A stretch of 64,000 nucleotides of DNA from Campylobacterales bacterium (lineage in GTDB: Bacteria; Campylobacterota; Campylobacteria; Campylobacterales; SZUA-545), in assembly GCA_050297855.1 (NCBI GenBank), contig JBNKTC010000009.1:9221-73220 (forward strand), read 5' to 3'. Each line of letters starts with the position of its first letter. The first letter of the stretch is position 1. The translations under genes were made by a program, and so were the position numbers. A model generated the notes under the pieces. The model was given only the letters and a program-made list of their open reading frames with translations, was not told where the DNA came from and made no database searches. Of this stretch, positions 1 to 9,383 are shown piece after piece.

Positions 1-361
1 CTTTGAGGGTCTTGAGACGGACCGGTTTGAAGATAAACCGCTTGGCCCCAAGCTCCACCGCCTTGACGACCAGCATCGGCTCTTTGTGGGCGGTCAGGAA
101 TACGATCACGGCATTTTTGTCGATCTCCTTGATCTCCGCAGCCATCTCGACCCCGCTCATTTTGGGCATCTTGATATCGGAGATGACGATATCGGGCCGG
201 AACTCCTTGAAAGCCTCCAGCCCCTCCTCCCCGTTTTTCCGGACGATCAGGTTATCGGTCATCCTTCCCAGCAGGTTCTCCAACATCTCCCGCGCGATAT
301 CGTCATCCTCGACAAACAGTAGGGTCAGTCCCTTTAATTGCTCATATGATCCGTCTTGCAT
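1..361 (-). CDS. Response regulator, receiver (REC) domain; C-terminal part lies beyond the window start
   Basis: Own reverse translation from ATG at 361-359: MQDGSYEQLKGLTLLFVEDDDIAREMLENLLGRMTDNLIVRKNGEEGLEAFKEFRPDIVISDIKMPKMSGVEMAAEIKEIDKNAVIVFLTAHKEP... It has the acidic EDD pocket, the DIVISD phospho-acceptor context and the MPKMSG turn. The frame is open to the window edge, so it is absent from the ORF track. The + ORF 3..434 is its antisense shadow. Confidence 0.85.
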   Translation of the reverse strand, partial: MQDGSYEQLKGLTLLFVEDDDIAREMLENLLGRMTDNLIVRKNGEEGLEAFKEFRPDIVISDIKMPKMSGVEMAAEIKEIDKNAVIVFLTAHKEPMLVVKAVELGAKRFIFKPVRLKTLK

Positions 362-451
362 ATATCTACTTTCCGTTGACTTTCCGATGATTTTTTCTTA
401 TAATACTAATATTATATTCGTAATATACAGATAACTCTAAAAGTACATTTT

Positions 452-949
452 ATGTTTGATTCGCTAAAAAAAATGTTTTCCGAAGATGTCAAACCCCTCG
501 AAAACAGTATCAAAGAGACCATCAACCGCTGGAACCTGAACGACATCGACCTCTTTCTTAATAAAAAACAGGAGTATATGGGGGTACCTTACAACGACCA
601 GGTACTGGGGGAGATCCTGCGACGTTTCCTCGAAGTCAAACGGGTCAACGGCCAGGACGAGATCGAGCCGAAGAGCTACAATAAGATGACCCGTAAATAT
701 ACGATCCCCGAACGTACCCAAAAAGTGATCAAGATCATCCAGAAGATCTCCAAAAGCAATGCACTGGGCTATAAATCCAATGAGCTCATCTTCGGGATTA
801 TTAACAAGTATGTCACGGAGAACGGTAAAAAAGAGTATGAACCGGAGCTGATGCCCTACTATAAGATGGCGCTGGAGAGGATCCTGCTCAAGTCGGAGAT
901 CGAACAGGAGATCAACCTGGAATTCGGGACCAAGGTAAAGCTGAAGTAG
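452..949 (+). CDS. Hypothetical protein (165 aa)
   Basis: Track ORF with an ATG start and ordinary Lys/Glu-rich globular composition. It fills the gap between flanking genes. No family recognised by eye. Confidence 0.5.
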   Translation: MFDSLKKMFSEDVKPLENSIKETINRWNLNDIDLFLNKKQEYMGVPYNDQVLGEILRRFLEVKRVNGQDEIEPKSYNKMTRKYTIPERTQKVIKIIQKISKSNALGYKSNELIFGIINKYVTENGKKEYEPELMPYYKMALERILLKSEIEQEINLEFGTKVKLK

Positions 950-1444
950 TCAGTTCCCCTGTTTAAGGGCGACCTCATTGGTCTTCCGGAGTTTGTCGGA
1001 GAGGATATCCACCAGCTCTTTATACATCTTGATAAAGACCTCGGCATTCTCATCATTGATATCGTCATCGATCCGGAAACTGATCAGCATCGTATCGGGA
1101 TCGTAGGCCGTAGCCCGGGCCGAACGCTTCTCCCCCGTGATCGCCGACATCTCCCCGAAGACCGCCTTGACCGGGAGGTTGACGATCGTCTTGAAGTTGG
1201 CGTAGCGTTCCAGCAGGCCGACGCGCTGGAACTCCCCCACCGAGATGTTCACACGCCCTTTGGCCACGATAAAGGCTTCATCGTCTTTACTGTCCTGTTC
1301 GAAGATCACTTCGAACTTGTTGTACTTTTTAAACTGTACATCGCGGACGATCGCCATCACTTCGCCGTCGCTCAGCTTGGAGAAGAAGGGGATGCTCTTT
1401 TTGATTTTCAGCAGCGTGTTTTCAGCATTACTACGTTCAGCCAT
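950..1444 (-). CDS. Stand-alone cyclic-nucleotide-binding (CAP-effector type) domain protein
   Basis: Track ORF 950..1534. I prefer the internal start MAERSN at 1444 (cat at 1442-1444, AAGGTGA-like RBS about 8 nt upstream). ...FFSKLSDGEVMAIV...FIVAKGRV...AVFGEMSAITGEKRSARATA is the classic cNMP-binding beta-barrel signature (FGE...RSA). No HTH domain follows. Confidence 0.75.
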   Translation of the reverse strand: MAERSNAENTLLKIKKSIPFFSKLSDGEVMAIVRDVQFKKYNKFEVIFEQDSKDDEAFIVAKGRVNISVGEFQRVGLLERYANFKTIVNLPVKAVFGEMSAITGEKRSARATAYDPDTMLISFRIDDDINDENAEVFIKMYKELVDILSDKLRKTNEVALKQGN

Positions 1445-1629
1445 GGGTAGGATCACCTTACAAAAAAAGAGTACTGTATCACATTTTGGATAAATGGGAA
1501 GCGCTGTTTTCTTATAATCGACACGGGAACCCATTTCATAAAAAAAAACTTAAAAAGGCTGTTTTGGCTATTCCATTTTGTCACGGTTTTATGTTATACT
1601 AAGGAAAATTTAAAGTTAGGTGAGATTGG

Positions 1630-2331
1630 ATGAAGATTCTTATAATTGAAGATAATAAAGATTATAGCAAGCAGCTTGCAGACAAACTGAAAGAAAAGGG
1701 GTATGATCCTTCGGGTGCCACCTCTCTCACAAGTGCTGAAAAAGAATTGGAGCAAACCGTCTACAACCTTATATTTATCAACTGGTCCCTCGCAAAAGAG
1801 AAGACAGTCGAATTTATCCACGAAGTCAAAAAGAGCGGCAGAAAAAGCTCCGTTATCGTCCTCTCCGATACCGGGGACAAATACGATGAGATCACAGCCC
1901 TTAACGGCGGTGCCGACGATTACTTCCGGATGCCGTTTGAAAACGGAAAGCTCCACGAAGGGGACTTTAATGTCCTGAGTGCACGCATGGAAGCACGGCT
2001 GCGATTCGGCGGCACCAACGTCATCAGCATCGACGACCTCGTCATCGACCCCGACGAAGAGAAGATCTTCTACCAGGGCAAAGAGATCGAACTCAAAGGA
2101 AAGCCGTTCGAGGTCCTGACGCATCTGGCAAAACACCGCGACCAGATCGTCTCCAAAGAGCAGCTGCTAGATGCGATCTGGGAAGAGCCGGAACTGGTCA
2201 CACCCAACGTCATCGAGGTAGCGATCAACCAGATCCGCCAGAAGATGGACAAACCACTGGGTATCGGCACGATCGAGACCGTACGTCGCCGCGGCTACCG
2301 TTTCTGCTTCCCCAACTGCATGGGTGAATAA
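1630..2331 (+). CDS. hsrA: Atypical OmpR-family response regulator, HP1043/HsrA-like
   Basis: 233 aa with a receiver-like N-terminus and a winged-helix C-terminus (...VRRRGYRF). From memory, the C-terminal half closely matches H. pylori HP1043 (KGKPFEVLTHLA.HRDQIVSKEQLLDAIWEEPE.VTPNVIEVAINQIRQKMDKPLGI). The phospho-acceptor position reads LIFINWSL (Asn, not Asp) and the conserved Lys position reads YFRMPF. Confidence 0.85.
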   Translation: MKILIIEDNKDYSKQLADKLKEKGYDPSGATSLTSAEKELEQTVYNLIFINWSLAKEKTVEFIHEVKKSGRKSSVIVLSDTGDKYDEITALNGGADDYFRMPFENGKLHEGDFNVLSARMEARLRFGGTNVISIDDLVIDPDEEKIFYQGKEIELKGKPFEVLTHLAKHRDQIVSKEQLLDAIWEEPELVTPNVIEVAINQIRQKMDKPLGIGTIETVRRRGYRFCFPNCMGE

Positions 2332-2339
2332 TAATCAAA

Positions 2340-2357
2340 GGCAGGTATCGGCCTGCC
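2340..2357. terminator. Hairpin between convergent hsrA and aguB-like genes
   Basis: GGCAGG-tatcgg-CCTGCC, 9 nt after the hsrA stop. It is followed by a C-run rather than a T-run, so only weak as an intrinsic terminator. Confidence 0.35.
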
Positions 2358-2372
2358 CCCCCTTCTTCTCCT

Positions 2373-3257
2373 CTATTTTCCGTATCGTTTTAACAGATCA
2401 TCATAGGCATCGATCCGCCGGTCTCTGAAAAAGGGCCAGATTCTCCGTACGTCGTCACTCCGTTTTCTGCTCAGCTGGGCATAGAGGATCGTCTCATCCT
2501 TTTCGTCGGCATGGGCCAGGAACTCCCCCTGCTCGCCGCAGATAAAGCTGTTGCCCCAGAACGCGGAGCTCTCCTCCACGCCGATATCGAAACCGACGCG
2601 GTTGGCGGAGAGTACGGGGATGCCGTTGGCCACGGCATGGGAGCGCTGGACTGTGATCCAGGCGTTCTTCTGCCGTTCCCGCTCGTCCTCCGTATCGTTC
2701 ATATCCCAGCCGATGGCCGTCGGATAGATGAGCATCTCCGCCCCGTCCATCGCCATGAGGCGGGCCGCTTCGGGATACCACTGGTCCCAGCAGACCAGGA
2801 CCCCTAGCCGCCCCACACTCGTATCGATCGCCTTGAAACCGAGGTCCCCGGGTGTAAAGTAAAACTTCTCGTAAAAACCGGGATCGTCGGGGATATGCAT
2901 CTTGCGGTAGACCCCGGCGATGGAACCGTCCTTTTCCAGTACGACAGCCGTGTTGTGATAAAGCCCCGGTGCACGCTTCTCAAAAAGCGAGATCACCAGG
3001 ACGATCCCCAGCTCCTTGGCCAGCGCACCGAACTCCTCGGTAGAGGGCCCCGGAATGCTCTCGGCCAGGTCAAAAAACTCCACATCCTCTTTATAGCAGA
3101 AATAGACCGTATTGTGCAGCTCCTGCAGTACGACCAGTTTTGCGCCGTTTGACGCGGCCTCTTTAACCGCATCCTTGATCTTGAGTTTGTTTTTAAAGAC
3201 GTCCAGGCAGAGTTCGCGCTGGATGACCGCCACTTTAAGCGTGTCCGATTGTGCCAT
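2373..3257 (-). CDS. aguB: Carbon-nitrogen hydrolase, N-carbamoylputrescine amidase-like
   Basis: 294 aa. Nitrilase-superfamily pattern: VVLQELH (Glu), YRKMHIPD (Lys), LVCWDQWYPE (Cys). Overall resemblance to AguB/CPA. Confidence 0.75.
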   Translation of the reverse strand: MAQSDTLKVAVIQRELCLDVFKNKLKIKDAVKEAASNGAKLVVLQELHNTVYFCYKEDVEFFDLAESIPGPSTEEFGALAKELGIVLVISLFEKRAPGLYHNTAVVLEKDGSIAGVYRKMHIPDDPGFYEKFYFTPGDLGFKAIDTSVGRLGVLVCWDQWYPEAARLMAMDGAEMLIYPTAIGWDMNDTEDERERQKNAWITVQRSHAVANGIPVLSANRVGFDIGVEESSAFWGNSFICGEQGEFLAHADEKDETILYAQLSRKRSDDVRRIWPFFRDRRIDAYDDLLKRYGK

Positions 3258-3316
3258 TTAGTATCCCCGTTATCAATAGAGTAATATGTACGGAATTATA
3301 GCCAAAAAAAAGCCTT

Positions 3317-4585
3317 TTATCCCGCCAGCCACGGGCTTGTATAGGATGCGGGCCCCTTCTCCTGCCCCACTTCCGCCTCCCAGGCCGTGATCAGCCCCGG
3401 ATTATCCAAAACCTGGACCGGCGCTTTGATCCCGATAATGCTCAGGCTCGGATGTTCGCCTTTGCCGTCAAAAAGGGTCCAGAGATCGGAGTTGTCCACC
3501 ACGTCGCCGTTGTCGGTGAGGTAGTTCATGGAGTCCGGGCCCATGATATAGGGCTTGGTCGTACCCCCGGCCGTCAATTCGCCCCAGATGTTTTCGTTCT
3601 GGATGATCAGTCTGAGGGACTGCCCCGAAAACGTCCCGTCACCCGTGATCTCGACATAGCCGTTATCCAAAGAAGAGGTCGCCTCCTTCATATCAGTGAC
3701 CGTACCGTGGAATATCTCCCTGGCCTCACGCCCCATCGTGCCGGTAATATAGGAGAGTACCCGGGATACCCGCGTACTCCCCGCCGTCGTGTTGATGATC
3801 TTTCCAAGGGCCTGCGCATCGGTGATCCCGCCCGGAACGGGACTACACCCCTGGAACTCCGGCCCCGATGCGGCGTAGATCGCAAGACCTGAGACATCCC
3901 CGAAGGCTTCGGAATCGATCAGTCCGAGGCAGGCGGTCTCCAGTGTCGTCTCGTCCTGTACATTTAACGAGGCGTAATCAAAATAGTCCGATCCCTTTTC
4001 GGTGTTGTTGTTCCCGCCCAGGATATTGGGATAGAGTGCCAACTGCCGGGCATAGGTCGTCAGCGGCAGGGTCGGAACCGCACGCCCCGCCCCGTCGGCA
4101 TCAATGACATAGAGCCGAAACGGAGCCGGAACGACCGTATCGATCCCGTTGGCGACGATCATCGGGACCAGGGAGTTGACCGCCCCGATCTCAACCGGCA
4201 GACAGAAATCCATCAGTTCCAGGCTTCCAAAGCGCTCCCGGCCCACAGCTTTAAACGAAAAAGCCAGTTCTGTCAGCTTCTCGTAAGCGGGAATGGCACT
4301 CTGCACCAGTGCCGGGTCCTCGAACATCTTCAGCGGCGACCCCATGCCCGCGACCACGGCACCCCAGTCTCCGCTCCAGCCCAGCTGCTCCACCCCCGCC
4401 AGGCTGATCTGCGTCTCTTTGCCGAAAAACTGCGGGATGATCTTGGTCAAAGCCAACTGCAGCGAGCCTCCGCCTCCCGAAGCCAGGAAGCAGGCCCCCT
4501 GGGCTACATCCCTGATCTCGTCCAGACCTAAAACCCGGTACCCCGCTGCACTGCAAAGCCCTTGTCCACTATTACTTTTTCCCAT
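3317..4585 (-). CDS. DUF917 family protein
   Basis: Track ORF 3317..4630. Likely start is MGKSNS at 4585, with a GGGGAGA RBS upstream. Motifs FLASGGGGS, VEIGAVNSLVPMIVA and VIDADGAGRAVPTL match my memory of the DUF917 pattern (GGGG ... EiGG.N ... DaDgmGRA.P). Confidence 0.65.
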   Translation of the reverse strand: MGKSNSGQGLCSAAGYRVLGLDEIRDVAQGACFLASGGGGSLQLALTKIIPQFFGKETQISLAGVEQLGWSGDWGAVVAGMGSPLKMFEDPALVQSAIPAYEKLTELAFSFKAVGRERFGSLELMDFCLPVEIGAVNSLVPMIVANGIDTVVPAPFRLYVIDADGAGRAVPTLPLTTYARQLALYPNILGGNNNTEKGSDYFDYASLNVQDETTLETACLGLIDSEAFGDVSGLAIYAASGPEFQGCSPVPGGITDAQALGKIINTTAGSTRVSRVLSYITGTMGREAREIFHGTVTDMKEATSSLDNGYVEITGDGTFSGQSLRLIIQNENIWGELTAGGTTKPYIMGPDSMNYLTDNGDVVDNSDLWTLFDGKGEHPSLSIIGIKAPVQVLDNPGLITAWEAEVGQEKGPASYTSPWLAG

Positions 4586-4709
4586 CGTCTCCCCTTTAAA
4601 TATAATGCTCCCATTGTAGGAATATCTCACTTATGTTTATTTGACGGCACCGCCCGCCCTTTTATCCCCCTTTTGGTAAAATACGCAAAAAACTCCAAGG
4701 TATTTTTTG

Positions 4710-7319
4710 ATGAGCGAAAAGCAGCTGCACATCGGTGCAAACGAAGAAGAAGCAATCTATAAAATATGGGAAGCGCGCGGCTATTTCGGCCTGGACGGTA
4801 ACAAGGCGATCCAAAAAGAGGGCAAGCGGTTCAGCATCTCCATGCCCCCGCCCAATGTCACGGGAAGCCTCCACATCGGCCATGCCCTGACCTATACCCT
4901 GCCGGACATCATGGTCCGATACAAGCGTATGGACGGATTCGAGACCCTCTGGCAGCCGGGGACCGACCACGCCGGGATCGCGACGCAGAACGTCGTGGAG
5001 AAACAGCTCCTGGCCAAGGGGATCAAAAAAGAGGACATCGGACGCGAAAAGTTCCTGGAACACGTCTGGGCCTGGAAAGAGGAGAGCGGCAATAGAATCG
5101 TCTACCAGCAGAAAAAGCTGGGGATCTCACCCGACTGGTCCCGCCAGCGCTTTACGATGGACGACGGCCTTAAAAGCTCCGTACGCAAAGCCTTTACCGA
5201 GCTCTACAACAGAGGCCTCATCGTCCGGGGCAACTACCTGGTCAACTGGTGTACCAACGACGGGGCCCTGTCTGATATCGAAGTCGAATACGACGAAGAG
5301 AACGGCAAGCTCTACCACATCAAATACTACCTGGAAAACTCCGACGAATTTATCATCGTCGCCACAACGCGGCCAGAGACCTATTTCGGGGATACGGCTG
5401 TTATGGTCCACCCGGATGATGCACGCTACAAACACCTCCTGGGCAAAAAGGTGGTCCTGCCGATCATCGGTAAAGAGGTGGAGATCATCGCCGATGAACA
5501 CGTCGATATGGAGTTCGGGACGGGGATCGTCAAGGTCACGCCTGCCCACGATACCAACGACTACGAAGTCGGCAAACGCCACGACCTCAAGTTCCTGACG
5601 ATCTTTGACGAAAAAGGGATCCTCAACGAACACTGCGGCGAATTCGAAGGCCTTGAGCGCCTCAAAGCGAGAAAAGTCGTCGTCGACCGCCTCCAGGAGG
5701 AGGGTTTCATCGAGAAGATCGAAGACCACGTCCACCAGGTCGGCCACTGCTACCGCTGCGGCAACGTCATCGAACCCTACATCTCCAAACAGTGGTTCGT
5801 CAAAAAAGAGACAGCCGACAAGGCGATCGCTGCCGTTAACAAAGGCGAGACGAAGTTCTTCCCCGCCAACTGGAAGAACAACTACGACGCCTGGATGCGG
5901 GAGCTTCGCGACTGGTGTATCTCCAGACAGCTCTGGTGGGGGCATAGGATCCCTGTCTTCTACTGCGAAGATTGCGGACATGAGTGGGCCAGCGAGACCG
6001 AAGAGGAGCATGAGTGCCCCAAATGTCAATCCCACAACATCTACCAGGATCCCGATGTCCTGGATACGTGGTTCAGCTCAGGCCTATGGCCCTTCTCGAC
6101 GCTCGGCTGGGGGAACGAGGAGAACCCGCAGGTGCGCCCTGATGACCTGGCCAAGTTCTACCCCAACTCCCTGATGATCACAGGATTCGACATCCTCTTC
6201 TTCTGGGTCGCCAGAATGCTGATGATGGGGACGGAACTTAAAGGAGATATCCCGTTTAAAGATGTCTACCTCCACGCCCTGGTCCGCGATGAAAACGGCC
6301 AGAAGATGAGTAAATCCAAAGGGAACGTCATCGATCCGCTCGATATGATGGAGCAGTACGGGGCGGATGTCCTGCGCTTCACGCTGGCGGTCCTGGCGGT
6401 CCAGGGACGCGATATCAAACTGAGCCGTTCCCACCTGGATCTTTATGCCAACTTCTGCAACAAGCTGCTCAATGCCAGCAAATACCTGCAGATGAAACAG
6501 CCGACCCACCCGGACCTGAAGGATATCACGGTCAAAACAGAGCTGGGACGCTACATGCAGAGCCGCCTGGCACTCTGCACACAGGAGGTACGGGACCATA
6601 TGGAACAGTACCGTTTCAACGATGCGGCGACGACGCTCTACCGCTTTATGTGGAACGAGTTCTGCGACTGGGGGATCGAGTTCTCCAAAGTCGATGCCGA
6701 CTCCATCCCGGAACTGGGTGCGATCTTCAAAGAGGCGCTTAAACTGCTCCATCCGTTTATGCCGTACTTCAGTGAAAAGCTCTACCACGAACTCAGCGGA
6801 ACGTCGCTGGAGGAGAGCGAATCGATCATGGTCATGCCCTATCCGGCGAATACTGCCCGTGACGAGAAGATCGAGACGAGCTTCGAGCGGGTCATGGAGG
6901 CGATCATCGCTATCCGCCGCGCCAAAGTACCGATCGATATGGCCAACAAGACGATCGCCAAAGCATGCATCAAAACAGACGAACAGGCACTCTTTAATGC
7001 GAGCTACATCATGAAGCTCGCCAAGGTCGAAGCGATCGAGTTCGTTACCGCCAAACCGGAAAATGCCGTCAGCGACGTAAGCGAACACATGGAGGTCTAT
7101 ATCCCGACCGACTCCATCGACTTAGGACCTATCATCGCCAAACTGGAAAAACAGCAAGAGAAGCTGGAGAAAGAGGCGGCCAAACTAAACGGCATGCTCT
7201 CCAATGAGAAGTTTGTCGCCAATGCACCGGCGGCGGTCGTCGAAGAGAATAAAAAAGCATACGCGGAGCTGCAGGAGCGTATTGAAAAAGTCGAAAACGA
7301 ACTGAAAAGTTTTAAGTAG
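4710..7319 (+). CDS. valS: Valine--tRNA ligase
   Basis: About 869 aa. Class I HIGH motif (GSLHIGHAL), KMSKS motif (QKMSKSKGN) and a C-terminal coiled coil. The ATG at 4710 directly follows the TTG at 4707. Confidence 0.97.
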   Translation: MSEKQLHIGANEEEAIYKIWEARGYFGLDGNKAIQKEGKRFSISMPPPNVTGSLHIGHALTYTLPDIMVRYKRMDGFETLWQPGTDHAGIATQNVVEKQLLAKGIKKEDIGREKFLEHVWAWKEESGNRIVYQQKKLGISPDWSRQRFTMDDGLKSSVRKAFTELYNRGLIVRGNYLVNWCTNDGALSDIEVEYDEENGKLYHIKYYLENSDEFIIVATTRPETYFGDTAVMVHPDDARYKHLLGKKVVLPIIGKEVEIIADEHVDMEFGTGIVKVTPAHDTNDYEVGKRHDLKFLTIFDEKGILNEHCGEFEGLERLKARKVVVDRLQEEGFIEKIEDHVHQVGHCYRCGNVIEPYISKQWFVKKETADKAIAAVNKGETKFFPANWKNNYDAWMRELRDWCISRQLWWGHRIPVFYCEDCGHEWASETEEEHECPKCQSHNIYQDPDVLDTWFSSGLWPFSTLGWGNEENPQVRPDDLAKFYPNSLMITGFDILFFWVARMLMMGTELKGDIPFKDVYLHALVRDENGQKMSKSKGNVIDPLDMMEQYGADVLRFTLAVLAVQGRDIKLSRSHLDLYANFCNKLLNASKYLQMKQPTHPDLKDITVKTELGRYMQSRLALCTQEVRDHMEQYRFNDAATTLYRFMWNEFCDWGIEFSKVDADSIPELGAIFKEALKLLHPFMPYFSEKLYHELSGTSLEESESIMVMPYPANTARDEKIETSFERVMEAIIAIRRAKVPIDMANKTIAKACIKTDEQALFNASYIMKLAKVEAIEFVTAKPENAVSDVSEHMEVYIPTDSIDLGPIIAKLEKQQEKLEKEAAKLNGMLSNEKFVANAPAAVVEENKKAYAELQERIEKVENELKSFK

Positions 7320-7328
7320 GGAAAGAGA

Positions 7329-7350
7329 CAAGGCACCGGCTGGTGCCTTG
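7329..7350. terminator. Bidirectional hairpin between convergent valS and hup
   Basis: CAAGGCACC-ggct-GGTGCCTTG, a perfect 9-bp stem, 10 nt after the valS stop and 20 nt from the hup stop. Confidence 0.65.
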
Positions 7351-7369
7351 TACTAGGAAAGACGAAAAA

Positions 7370-7642
7370 TTAAGCGACAGTATCTTTAAGTTTTTTACCG
7401 GCTTTAAAAGAGACCGCTTTTTTGGCAGCAATTTTGATTTTTTGTTTTGTTCTCGGATTAATACCTTCACGTGCAGCACGTGTTTTTACCTCAAATGTAC
7501 CGAAACCGACGAACTGGACGGAATCACCTTTCGCCAGTGCACCCTGGATTGTTTCAAGAGCCGCGTTTACTACTCTTTCTGTTTCAGCTTTTGTGGATCC
7601 TGCACTGTTGGCTACAGCAGCGATGAATTCAGGTTTTGTCAT
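7370..7642 (-). CDS. hup: HU-family DNA-binding protein
   Basis: 90 aa: MTKPEFIAAVA...GFGTFEVKTRAAREGINPRTKQKIKIAAKKAVSFKAGKKLKD. Canonical HU arm. Confidence 0.95.
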   Translation of the reverse strand: MTKPEFIAAVANSAGSTKAETERVVNAALETIQGALAKGDSVQFVGFGTFEVKTRAAREGINPRTKQKIKIAAKKAVSFKAGKKLKDTVA

Positions 7643-7820
7643 GTCGTAATTCCTTTTCTCTGTGAATTTACTGCTATTCTACTACACTTTTTTTCAAAAA
7701 TTCTTATGTCTGGCTCTATTTTTTATCAAAAAACTCTTTTTTTAGGAAAAAAACACGCTTTTTTACCAGTTTTGCCCGGAGAGGGATGTGTTATAATGCC
7801 GCAGCTTCTATAGAGGATAT

Positions 7821-8504
7821 GTGATGATACTTGGTCAGTCCTACCTGTTTTGGACCTTTTTTACCCTTCTGGGCCTTCTTTTTTACTTTTTTCCCGAAAC
7901 CGACATCTGGTTCAGTTCGCTCTTTTTTAAAGAGGGAGAGTTTTACCTGCGCAACGATCCGCTGGTCATGTTTGTCTACGATGTCACCCATCCGCTCGTC
8001 GCCCTCTTCTTCCTGGGGGTGCTGAGTGCCCTTATCTATACGCTCATAACCAAAAAGACACTCTTCTCCCTAAAAAAGCAGGCCCTGACCTTTATGTTGA
8101 TCTCCGTGATCATGGCCCCGGGCGTTGTGGTCAATCTGACCCTCAAGGATAATGTCGACCGTGCCCGCCCCAAACACGTGACGCAGTTCGGCGGGGATAG
8201 GCAGTTTACCCCCGCCTTTGTCGTCAGCGACCAGTGTGAAAAGAACTGCTCCTTTGTCTGCGGACATGCGGCGGCGGGTTTCAGCTTTATCGCCCTGGCA
8301 CTGGTATTTAGTGGGAAAGTGCGGCGGCGGATCTTTATCGCCTCGGTGACGGCGGGTTTCCTCATCGGCCTTGTACGGGTGATCCAAGGGGGTCACTTCC
8401 TCAGTGACGTCTTCTTCTCGTTCTTTTTTACCTACCTGACGATCCGCCTGCTCTATTATCTCATCATGGAAAAACTGACGACTGCCTACGAAAAGGTCTA
8501 TTAA
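7821..8504 (+). CDS. PAP2-family (type 2 phosphatidic acid/lipid) phosphatase, membrane protein
   Basis: Multi-TM protein with the three PAP2 motifs KDNVDRARP, SFVCGHAA and VRVIQGGHFLSDV. Confidence 0.85.
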   Translation: MMILGQSYLFWTFFTLLGLLFYFFPETDIWFSSLFFKEGEFYLRNDPLVMFVYDVTHPLVALFFLGVLSALIYTLITKKTLFSLKKQALTFMLISVIMAPGVVVNLTLKDNVDRARPKHVTQFGGDRQFTPAFVVSDQCEKNCSFVCGHAAAGFSFIALALVFSGKVRRRIFIASVTAGFLIGLVRVIQGGHFLSDVFFSFFFTYLTIRLLYYLIMEKLTTAYEKVY

Positions 8505-9349
8505 AAAGGTTCGGGGCGGTTATACTCGACTGCGGTGATCCGGACATCGAAATACTCAAAGTCTCCCGATTCGAGGTTCCATACTGCCTTGCCTTTGACG
8601 GGGACCTTGATCCCCCCGAACTCACCGTATTCGCTGATGGGGGTAGACCAATGCTCCACGACAAATTTTCCCTCCACTTCGCGGTGACGTTCGGAGACGA
8701 CATTGACGACACGCCCCTCTTTATCAAAAAGGAACTGTGCGGCGACACTGATCCCCCCATAGCTGAGCGTCGCCTGGGCACTGTCCTCATCCACCGGTTC
8801 CCAGAGGATGTATTCGCTTAGTGCCGCGCTGGGAAACCAGATGATCTCATCCAGGTAACGCAGCAGGGTTCCCCGGTCGATCTCCTCGCTGTAGACATCG
8901 GCTACGGTAAAGAGCGAGAGCAGCCTGATGAGCATATTCCCTGTACGTCCCTCCAGGCGGTCCCTGGCACTGATGCTAAAAAGCGACCCCGCCTGCATAT
9001 CGGCAGCCCAGATAAATCCCGGTATATGGGTCGTATAGTACTCTTCGGCTTCAAAGGGGAGCCACTCCTGCTGCGGGGTCTGCCGAAACTTCCCCTCCTG
9101 CTTGATACGCACTGCCAGTGCTTTCGGTTTGCCGATCACACCGCTGAACGCGAGCCAGCGCTGTACCGGTTCGGGAAGCTGGATCACCTCCTCCTCGCTG
9201 ACGATATCGGCATGCATGCCCGCCACCTCCTGGAACATGGCACGGACCTCCATGTTCACCTGTTTGTTAAAACTGTAATGGCCGTAGAGAAGGACCGAGA
9301 CGAGGAAAAGGGCGATAATCGAAAGGGAGACAAGGAAAAATTTCAGCAT
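8501..9349 (-). CDS. Membrane-anchored hypothetical protein (282 aa)
   Basis: N-terminal TM helix (FFLVSLSIIALFLVSVLLY) followed by a globular domain. No family assigned by eye. Its stop shares TTAA with the PAP2 gene stop. Confidence 0.6.
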   Translation of the reverse strand: MLKFFLVSLSIIALFLVSVLLYGHYSFNKQVNMEVRAMFQEVAGMHADIVSEEEVIQLPEPVQRWLAFSGVIGKPKALAVRIKQEGKFRQTPQQEWLPFEAEEYYTTHIPGFIWAADMQAGSLFSISARDRLEGRTGNMLIRLLSLFTVADVYSEEIDRGTLLRYLDEIIWFPSAALSEYILWEPVDEDSAQATLSYGGISVAAQFLFDKEGRVVNVVSERHREVEGKFVVEHWSTPISEYGEFGGIKVPVKGKAVWNLESGDFEYFDVRITAVEYNRPEPF

Positions 9350-9383
9350 AAGAGCTCCTTGGATGTGAGAGGAGTGGGGCCGG

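Noticed and set aside
3-434. 143-aa + strand ORF at the window start.
   Set aside because: The minus strand here encodes a textbook receiver domain. The + strand translation is Ser/Leu/Ile-rich with no family resemblance.
7343-7813. 156-aa + strand ORF overlapping hup.
   Set aside because: It is antisense to the unmistakable HU gene and is Phe/Cys/Ser-rich, a nonsense composition.
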